Assembly: GCA_031380445.1 (NCBI GenBank)
Contig: JANNGC010000885.1
Span: 1-26,382 of the forward strand
Source: Pedosphaera sp.
GTDB taxonomy: Bacteria > Verrucomicrobiota > Verrucomicrobiia > Limisphaerales > SIBH01
DNA length: 26,382 bases
Direction of reading: 5' to 3'
Each line of letters starts with the position of its first letter. The stretch's first letter is position 1. Positions 8,128-15,253 of the stretch are shown piece after piece. A program made the position numbers and the translations under genes. Below the pieces are notes generated by a model. It saw only the letters and a program-made list of their open reading frames with translations, was not told the origin of the DNA and did not search any database.

Positions 8128-9708
8128 TCAACTGATCACCTTCGCAGCCATTGGCTCGCCGCCCCACGAGAGTTTCGAACGGACTTTCCTCTTCATCGCC
8201 TCGGGCAACACCCAGTTCCAATAAATCGGCAGCGTAATCAACGTCGCCACCGCCACGCCCACCGGCAGGGCGATCAACGGCTTCGACCAGAACAGCCAGC
8301 GCGCGAGCAGCAGCACCGCCGTGGCGGGCAGCACGTAAAGCACCGGCTCGGCGAGCGCCTTCCAGAAATACTCGCGGCCCGACAAGTTCAGGCGGCGGCA
8401 CACGTAGAGCGGAACGTAAATCGCATTCAGCAACGCGAGCGGCGCGCAGACCGCCGCCGCCACCCACGCGAGGTCCAAGTGAAAAACCATCAGCGCCAGC
8501 GCCACCAGCACCGCGCTGATCGCGCACGCGATGAGGTGCATGATGGCCGGGCGTCCGTGGAGATTCATGCCGCCCAGAATGCCGATGGTTGGCGCCTGCA
8601 CGATGTAGGTGGTGTAGCCGAACGCCAGCAGCGCGAGAACGATGCCGTTTTTGTAATCCGGCCCCATCCACGCGACCAGCACCGGACTGCCCATTGTGAC
8701 GAGCACGACGGTCACGGGCAGCGTCAGGCAGCAGGCGTAACGCGTGGCTTTGATCACGAGGTCTTGAATTTTTTGATGATCGCCGAGCGCCTGGAGCGAA
8801 CTCACCGACGGCACCAACACGGCGGACATTTTGAAAATGAGCGAGCGCGTTTGCAGCACGAGACTGCGCGGCCGGGCGAAGAGCGCGAGCGCCGCCGGCC
8901 CCATCGCGGCGATGATGAGCACGTTCACGGTCTGGTTCAGCAGCAGGTCAGCGATTTGCGGGACGAAGGATTTGCCGCCGAAGTGCATCATGCCGCGCGC
9001 GGTCTTCGCCTCGGCGTGGCGCGGGCTGAGACTGAGGCCGGGGCAGACGCGATAGGCGAAGAACATCCGCGCTGCTGCGGGCAACAGTTCACCGAGCAAT
9101 TGCACCACGGCCAGGCCGCGCAGTCCGCCGCCCGCGAGCAGCACGCCCACCATCCCGAGCACGGTGATGAAATAGCCGCCCGCGTAAATACCATTGTGAA
9201 TGCCCCACTGGTGGCAGCCGGTGAGCACGCCGCCATAAACGGCGGACGCGGTTTGCACCGCCGTGGCGAGGCCGAGACCGATGACGACCCAAGCGAGTTC
9301 GTTTTCAAAAGGTCGAAGATGTTTGTCGAGCAGATGCGGCAGCGCGAAGGCCGTGCCGAAGCTCAACAGAACCATCAACGCCGCCATCGCGAGCAGGACG
9401 AGGGAGATGGAACTGACGCAACGATTGACACCCGCGATGTCGCCGGTCGCCTGATGCGTGGCCACATAACGGTTGATGGAGCCGACCACGCCCATCTGCA
9501 CGAGGCCGAAGTAGGCCACGATGGTCCAGCCGAAATCCCAGAGGCCGAGCATCTCCTGCCCGAGCTGGTGATCGATCAGCCGGGGCATGATGAACCCGGC
9601 GGCGATGAAGACCAGTTGCGAGAGCCAGCTCACGAGAACGTTGCGGACCAGATGCTGGCGGCCGCTGACGTCGGGCGCGGGCGGAGATTTCTGTTCGGTG
9701 GCGGTCAC
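8128..9708 (-). CDS. wzx: Wzx-type flippase / polysaccharide export membrane protein, about 526 aa
   Basis: RNVLVSWLSQLV...PRLIDHQLGQEMLGLW start pattern, many hydrophobic segments, MOP-family layout. GTG 9708 chosen because longer starts overlap the upstream gene. Confidence 0.85.
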   Translation of the reverse strand: MTATEQKSPPAPDVSGRQHLVRNVLVSWLSQLVFIAAGFIMPRLIDHQLGQEMLGLWDFGWTIVAYFGLVQMGVVGSINRYVATHQATGDIAGVNRCVSSISLVLLAMAALMVLLSFGTAFALPHLLDKHLRPFENELAWVVIGLGLATAVQTASAVYGGVLTGCHQWGIHNGIYAGGYFITVLGMVGVLLAGGGLRGLAVVQLLGELLPAAARMFFAYRVCPGLSLSPRHAEAKTARGMMHFGGKSFVPQIADLLLNQTVNVLIIAAMGPAALALFARPRSLVLQTRSLIFKMSAVLVPSVSSLQALGDHQKIQDLVIKATRYACCLTLPVTVVLVTMGSPVLVAWMGPDYKNGIVLALLAFGYTTYIVQAPTIGILGGMNLHGRPAIMHLIACAISAVLVALALMVFHLDLAWVAAAVCAPLALLNAIYVPLYVCRRLNLSGREYFWKALAEPVLYVLPATAVLLLARWLFWSKPLIALPVGVAVATLITLPIYWNWVLPEAMKRKVRSKLSWGGEPMAAKVIS

Positions 9709-9715
9709 GGAGAAA

Positions 9716-10333
9716 TTATTGAGTTCGCGCCGCAGCGTCTTTTGGATCGTTGCGCCGCACGAGGCGCGCGGGATTGCCCGCCCAGATTTCATCGGCCAGC
9801 ACTTCGCCCGTCACTACACTGCCCGCTCCGATGACCGCACGATCGCCGATTCGAGTGCCTTTCAACACGAGCACATTCGCGCCGAGAAAAACATCGTCGC
9901 CGATGATGACGGGTTTGCGGGCGATGGCACTGCGGTCATTCGCGCGCCGTGCCGCCGCGTCGAGCGGGTGAAAATCCGTATCCCAGATGCAGACATTCGC
10001 CCCGCACGTCAGATGCGAGCCGATGGAAATATCCAGCGCGCAGTAAATGGACACGCCGGAGAAACCGCAGCCGTCGCCAATGGTCAGCTTCGCGCCCGGC
10101 TCCACGCTGATGGAGCAGCCTTTGGACAGGCCGGAAAGATTTCCCTCCGGCACGCTGATCATCGTGACGTGGGAACCAATCTTCACGCGCGCTTCAGGAG
10201 CCACGTCGAAAATAGGGCGGCCGATGAGGCGCAGCTTGTCGCCGATCTGAACCTGCGGATTCCGCCGCGCAAAGCGGCGCAGCCATGCGTGCGTGCAGCG
10301 TTGCGAGACGAGGTTGAAGAAGCGGGAGAGCAT
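9716..10333 (-). CDS. Left-handed beta-helix (hexapeptide) acyltransferase, probable sugar O-acetyltransferase, 205 aa
   Basis: IWDTDFHP, PVIIGDDVFLGANVLVLKGTRIGDRAVIGAGSVV, IWAGNPAR. Confidence 0.9.
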   Translation of the reverse strand: MLSRFFNLVSQRCTHAWLRRFARRNPQVQIGDKLRLIGRPIFDVAPEARVKIGSHVTMISVPEGNLSGLSKGCSISVEPGAKLTIGDGCGFSGVSIYCALDISIGSHLTCGANVCIWDTDFHPLDAAARRANDRSAIARKPVIIGDDVFLGANVLVLKGTRIGDRAVIGAGSVVTGEVLADEIWAGNPARLVRRNDPKDAAARTQ

Positions 10334-10346
10334 GCTGCGAGCGAGG

Positions 10347-11546
10347 TCAGATCGTCGGAAACTTCAACGGCGGCCACGGAATGGAAACGCTGGCGCGGCC
10401 CGTTTCATCGGTGGCATTCCGTTGGGTCGGAACAGAGCAGCCATTGAGGCGCAACTCGTTCACGCCGACATCGGTGTAAATCGTCAACCCCTGAAGCTCC
10501 TCGCTCGGCCACTTTGAATCGCAGGTGATGTTCACCGCGCCAGACTTGGCGTCTTCCGCGATGGAGAGCGTGGAACTTTCCGTCATCCGCACGTAGTCGA
10601 GCGCGCGGCGCGTCGTGGTCACGAGAATTTTCCCCGCGTCGGAATACTGCTTGAGCAAATGCAGCGCGCGAACCGTGGCCTCGGGAAAAACGCGGTCTGG
10701 CACTTTGCCGAGATGCGTGTAGAGCAGGCAGACGCCCTCACGGTCCACAAGTTGATCGAGGAAGCGCGTGGTCAGCACTTCCCCAAGGCCCGCGCCCGTG
10801 TCGCCGGTGTCCACGCCGGCGGGATGCGGGTTGCAGCGGAGAAATTCCACGGTGGGCTGACCGTCGCGGAGTTGCGAGGGATGGAGCAGGCGGTTGCCAG
10901 CGTGGGCGCGGTATTTCTCATTCCCCGCGTGACCGAGCATCTGCTTCGCGGCTTCTTTCAAAATGGTTTTGCCAGACGCCAGCGGCGCGGAAGCCCGCCA
11001 CAGACCGCCAAAGTTCGCTTCGGTGTTTTGTCCGATGACGCTGGTCACGCGCCCGCGCCAGACGTAGCGCACGCCGTGGCGCAGCGTGAGGTCGGCGTGA
11101 TAGGCGGCGTGGCCCAACTCATCGCCGTGGCCCTGCATGATGTCCGCGCCGAAATTCGTCACCGCCTGCGCGTGATCGATCCAGACTTTGAGCGCGAGCT
11201 GGTGGCGCTCCAATTCTTGCAACGCCCGCTCGACGTGCGCGCGACTCACCGCGAGATCGCCGTACGAGTGGAGGCAGTCAATGTGACCGCTGCGCATCAG
11301 GGTGCGGGCCATTTCGCGTCCCGCGTCGTCCGTGTTCCAGTAGGCGAACTGATTCGGCGGCATGTCGAAGTAGATCGAGTTGCCCACTTCGAGGCCGACG
11401 CCTGCGCCCATCGTCGTCTGCTCGCGCGTGTTCAGGAAACGCATCTGCTCCGCGTACACCTGCGCGTCGGCCGTTTCGTCGAGGTCGCTGCAAATCGCGA
11501 GCATGGCGCGGTACGGATAGGGAAAGCGGCGCAGCGTCACAGGCAA
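10347..11546 (-). CDS. Hypothetical protein, possible NodB/CE4-superfamily polysaccharide deacetylase, 399 aa
   Basis: Clear in-operon ORF. Candidate metal and catalytic motifs ICSDLD (motif 1-like), LHSYGD (motif 2-like), WIDH and LYTHLG. The family call is tentative. Confidence 0.5.
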   Translation of the reverse strand: MPVTLRRFPYPYRAMLAICSDLDETADAQVYAEQMRFLNTREQTTMGAGVGLEVGNSIYFDMPPNQFAYWNTDDAGREMARTLMRSGHIDCLHSYGDLAVSRAHVERALQELERHQLALKVWIDHAQAVTNFGADIMQGHGDELGHAAYHADLTLRHGVRYVWRGRVTSVIGQNTEANFGGLWRASAPLASGKTILKEAAKQMLGHAGNEKYRAHAGNRLLHPSQLRDGQPTVEFLRCNPHPAGVDTGDTGAGLGEVLTTRFLDQLVDREGVCLLYTHLGKVPDRVFPEATVRALHLLKQYSDAGKILVTTTRRALDYVRMTESSTLSIAEDAKSGAVNITCDSKWPSEELQGLTIYTDVGVNELRLNGCSVPTQRNATDETGRASVSIPWPPLKFPTI

Positions 11547-11547
11547 G

Positions 11548-12564
11548 TCAGACGTAGCCGTAACGGCGGTTCAGGTCGCCCGCCACACGGTCAAAGATTT
11601 CCAAATCTTCGGGGCGGAGATGAGTTTTCCAACGCTCGTCCAGGCGAATCTCGGAGGTCGTGTCGAAGCGCATGCCGTTGCCGATTACATGCTGCGCTCG
11701 TGCGCGAAAATCCAGGTTCGCGCGCGCCGGATCCAAACCTAGGAAAGTGCAGAGGCGTCCGAGCGTCTCCTTGGGATTCGCACACAGATCCTCGTAGCGC
11801 ACTTCGGTCCATTGCGAGCGGGGCAGTTGCTGGAGCAGACAATCTGCGGCCTCGTTGCTGCGCTTCCACTCGTTGGCTGCGTCCGCCATGTTCTGCCGGA
11901 CCGAGGGACGTTTCAGGCCCGTGCCTCCGCCGCGCAACGCCGGATCCGTGGAATCGGCAAACCCCCAGTCATCAAGGTAAGTAAGCGACACGGCCCGCCC
12001 GTCGCGCAGGCAGCGGACGATTTTGATGTCGAGGGATTTGAGCCGCAGAAGATATTTGAGGCGCAGCGCAATCTTCGAGGAATCCACCACGATGGCGGCT
12101 CCGGTGGCGGCCTGTAACGATTCGATGAGCGCCAGGTTGCGCTGGTTGGTCCGGCCCAGGTGACGTCGCCACGAACCGGACAAGCTGAGCGCGAGGTCGC
12201 GGACGGTTTCCAGCGCCGCGCCCCGGTGCAGCGGAGCCAGCAACCGCTGCACGTAGGCACTGTCGAGGCCGAAGATACTGGTCCCCGCATTCGTGATGTC
12301 GAACGAACCGATGCCTTTGTGCGACATCTGCTGCGTAACTGTTTTCCAAAAATCGCACTGCCGGATCGGCGCGCGGCAGGAACACCGGTAGGCATCGGGA
12401 TCACCCAGGCTGGTGGCCTTGAGTTCACCCGCCGTGCAGGCCTCCGGATGCGCGCCCAGCAGCATGGCCAGCAGCGTGGATCCGGAATGACTGGCCGCGA
12501 GCAGGTAGGCCAGGCGCGGACGGGCGGCGACCGGAACGGGCGGCGATGTCGGGGCGTTCATCAT
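11548..12564 (-). CDS. PAPS-dependent sulfotransferase (P-loop sulfotransferase family), 338 aa
   Basis: 5'-PSB-like LAASHSGSTLLAMLLGAHP, VVDSSK, 3'-PB-like LRDGRAVSLTY, VRYEDLCANPKETLGRLCTFLG. ATGA-coupled to the upstream gene. Confidence 0.85.
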   Translation of the reverse strand: MMNAPTSPPVPVAARPRLAYLLAASHSGSTLLAMLLGAHPEACTAGELKATSLGDPDAYRCSCRAPIRQCDFWKTVTQQMSHKGIGSFDITNAGTSIFGLDSAYVQRLLAPLHRGAALETVRDLALSLSGSWRRHLGRTNQRNLALIESLQAATGAAIVVDSSKIALRLKYLLRLKSLDIKIVRCLRDGRAVSLTYLDDWGFADSTDPALRGGGTGLKRPSVRQNMADAANEWKRSNEAADCLLQQLPRSQWTEVRYEDLCANPKETLGRLCTFLGLDPARANLDFRARAQHVIGNGMRFDTTSEIRLDERWKTHLRPEDLEIFDRVAGDLNRRYGYV

Positions 12565-14006
12565 GCGGAGTAAGGATGAGAAACCACTTCCACGTCCTCG
12601 GCGGAATCCTCCTCCTCCGGGCTTTCCTCAAACAGCGGCACACCCGTCAGGAGGGATCGCTCGCGTTCGACATAGACCCGCAGCATCAGACCGATGGCGC
12701 ACCACATGCCGACGGAACCTTCGCGCGGATAAAAACTCTGGCTGCCCATCGCCGCGATGAGCAGCGCCGAGACCAGCGAAAAGCAAACGCCGCCCACCGC
12801 CGCATAGATCGGGTCGGTGCGATCCTTCAGCACTCGATACGAGAAGAAAAAGAAGATGGCATACATCGGGATGACGATCACAAAACCGATCAATCCGTTG
12901 TCGAGCAGCATTTCCAGATAGGCGTTGTGCGGATGAGGAAAGGTTTCGCCGCCTTGGTAGTCATCCATGATTTTCTGATAAATGCCGGTGCGAATCATGG
13001 CCTGCCGCCCGTAGCCCATGATGGGCGAGGCAAATATTTTGGGAATGACATACGACCAGGCAATGGTCCGCCCCGAGGTGACTTCATAGGCGTCCGTCTG
13101 CGTCTTCATCGGGCCTTCGCCCTGGCCGAAACCCTGGAGCATCCGCTCCCGCACGGCGGGCAGAAAAGTCATCACGGCCAGGACCGTCAACGGAATAATG
13201 GGCAGGAACTTCCGCCAGCGCAGCAGGCAAATCATCAGACCCAGCAGCCCCCAGGTGACATATCCGGCCCGGCCGCCGGTCAGCGCCTGGCCGAGCGCGA
13301 TGATCGCGGCGGCGGCGAGGATGAGCAGTTGTGCGCGCCGGGTCTTCGCCAGAGTGATCGCGGTGAGCATGGCCCAGGACGCGCCGGAGAACATCATGGA
13401 CAGGTTGACCCGATGATACCCGACAGACCGCGCCAGCACTTTGTTGGCGCGGCGTGAAAGGTCAGCGCCGCTGGCCGTCGCCGAACTCAGCGGCATGTGT
13501 TTGATGACTTGCAGGGCGAGCACAAAATACACCGAAAGGATGCAGGCTACCCCGATGACGGTCCTTTGACGGCTTCGACAGCCGTCGAAAAGCAGCAGCC
13601 CCGGCAGCACCCACTTCACGCAATTGATCAGGTAATCGCTGATCGCATAACTGATTCCGAATTCCTCGAAGTCGTCGTGTTTCAAACTTTCAAAATCCAT
13701 CAGCAGCCGGGCCACTCCCCAGAGGATCACGAACAGATACCCGGCACCGAGCAGCATGAGGTATCGGGGCATGTCCCACACCCTGCCCTCGTGACGCCGG
13801 TTCCGCCTCCACGCCAGCAGCACGTTCAGCATCAAAAAATTCCACGGATTCAGCCCCTGAATGCCGCCGATGCTCTTGGGCATGTCGGGATGTTCGAGCA
13901 CCGCCATCAGACAAATCGCCGCGCAGAGCGACGCGAACCAGTTGCGCCAGGCGTAAATGGAAAAGCCCAGCACGAACAGGAGGCAGAGGATGACGCGGAT
14001 GCTCAC
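12561..14006 (-). CDS. wzy: Wzy polymerase / O-antigen ligase family (Wzy_C) membrane protein, 481 aa
   Basis: Polytopic hydrophobic profile with LTGGRAGY, SGRTIAW, SPIMGYG and HPHNAYLEMLLDNGLIG. Polymerase versus ligase or OTase cannot be resolved by eye. Confidence 0.8.
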   Translation of the reverse strand: MSIRVILCLLFVLGFSIYAWRNWFASLCAAICLMAVLEHPDMPKSIGGIQGLNPWNFLMLNVLLAWRRNRRHEGRVWDMPRYLMLLGAGYLFVILWGVARLLMDFESLKHDDFEEFGISYAISDYLINCVKWVLPGLLLFDGCRSRQRTVIGVACILSVYFVLALQVIKHMPLSSATASGADLSRRANKVLARSVGYHRVNLSMMFSGASWAMLTAITLAKTRRAQLLILAAAAIIALGQALTGGRAGYVTWGLLGLMICLLRWRKFLPIIPLTVLAVMTFLPAVRERMLQGFGQGEGPMKTQTDAYEVTSGRTIAWSYVIPKIFASPIMGYGRQAMIRTGIYQKIMDDYQGGETFPHPHNAYLEMLLDNGLIGFVIVIPMYAIFFFFSYRVLKDRTDPIYAAVGGVCFSLVSALLIAAMGSQSFYPREGSVGMWCAIGLMLRVYVERERSLLTGVPLFEESPEEEDSAEDVEVVSHPYSA

Positions 14007-14027
14007 AAACTTTTTGAACTGCTCAAA

Positions 14028-15137
14028 TCAGACCGCAGCGAGCGCAGACAGAATTCGCTCCGAAGTTTTGCCATCCCACATTTCCGGCAGGCGCCCAAGG
14101 CGCGGACTGGCGGCGAGGACTTGGTTCAAATCCTCGGCGAGCGTGCTGACTTGCGTGAGGCGGTTGCTGCCGACCGTGATCGTAACCGGGCGCTCGGTGT
14201 TCGGACGCAGCGTGAGGCACGGCGTGCGGAAGTAGGTGGACTCCTCCTGCAAGCCGCCGGAATCCGTGAGCACGAGCCGTGCGTTTTCCGTGAGGCACAC
14301 CGAGTCATGGTAGCCGACGGGATCGAGGAGATGGCAGCCGCTGTCGCCGTTGAGTTGAAGGCCAAACTCGGAAAACATTTTGCGCGTGCGCGGATGGACG
14401 GGGAAGACGACGGGCGTTTTGGCGGCCAGCCGTTTCAATTCGCCCGCGATGGCCGTGAGGCTCGCGCGGTCGTCCACGTTCGCGGGGCGGTGTAGCGTGA
14501 CGTAAAGAAAATTTCCCGGCGTGACGCCGCACTGCTGAAGAATTTGGCTGCGCCGCGCCTGTTCCAGATTCGCGACGAGCGAATCGATCATGATGTTGCC
14601 GACAAGTTTGATGCGCGCTTCCGGCACGCCCTCGCGACGGAGATTTTCATTTCCATCCTCGGACGGCGTGAGCAGCAAATCGGCAATCGAATCCGTGACC
14701 AGGCGGTTGATTTCCTCCGGCATGGTGCGGTCGAAACTGCGCAAGCCGGCTTCGACGTGCGCGACCTTGATGCCGAGTTTCACCGCCACCAGCGTGCAGG
14801 CCACGGTGGAGTTCACGTCGCCGAAGACCACGACCCAATCCGGCTTTTCTTCGAGACACACTTTCTCAAAGCCGACCATCACGCTCGCGGTCTGCGTCGC
14901 GTGCGAGCCGCTGCCGACGCCGAGGTTCACGTCGGGCTTCGGGATGCCCAGCTCGCGGAAAAAAACCTCCGACATCGCGTCGTCGTAATGCTGCCCGGTG
15001 TGGACGAGGCGGCAGTCGAAGCGCGCGGTGGCGCTGGTGTCCGCGTTGTAACGGCGCGCGGCGTGGATGAGCGGCGCGACCTTCATGAAGTTCGGCCGCG
15101 CGCCGGCCACGAGAATCAGTTTCAAAGTCTGAGGCAT
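14028..15137 (-). CDS. wecB: Non-hydrolysing UDP-GlcNAc 2-epimerase (WecB/WbpI family), 369 aa
   Basis: GARPNFMK, VHTGQHYD, FGDVNST, HVEAGLRSFDRTMPEEINR, TDSGGLQEE, RPNTERP, WDGK. Confidence 0.95.
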   Translation of the reverse strand: MPQTLKLILVAGARPNFMKVAPLIHAARRYNADTSATARFDCRLVHTGQHYDDAMSEVFFRELGIPKPDVNLGVGSGSHATQTASVMVGFEKVCLEEKPDWVVVFGDVNSTVACTLVAVKLGIKVAHVEAGLRSFDRTMPEEINRLVTDSIADLLLTPSEDGNENLRREGVPEARIKLVGNIMIDSLVANLEQARRSQILQQCGVTPGNFLYVTLHRPANVDDRASLTAIAGELKRLAAKTPVVFPVHPRTRKMFSEFGLQLNGDSGCHLLDPVGYHDSVCLTENARLVLTDSGGLQEESTYFRTPCLTLRPNTERPVTITVGSNRLTQVSTLAEDLNQVLAASPRLGRLPEMWDGKTSERILSALAAV

Positions 15138-15155
15138 GAGAAAGGGGAAATTTTT

Positions 15156-15243
15156 AACCGCTAATTAACGCTGATAAACGCTAATGGGGCAGGAACTGCT
15201 CTGAACTTTCTTCATCAGCGTCCATTAGCGTTTAGTAGCGGTT
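15156..15243. repeat. Inverted repeat built from tandem 10-nt units
   Basis: Left arm AACCGCTAAT-TAACGCTGAT-AAACGCTAAT (15156-15185). Right arm ATCAGCGTCC-ATTAGCGTTT-AGTAGCGGTT (15214-15243). 24/30 complementary, 28-nt spacer. Confidence 0.8.
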
Positions 15244-15253
15244 TGGAAACTGT

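Noticed and set aside
7994-8671. 225-aa minus-strand ORF spanning the wzx 3' end and the REP-like element
   Set aside because: Overlaps wzx in another frame, is Arg/Gly-rich with no motif, and crosses a repeat element.
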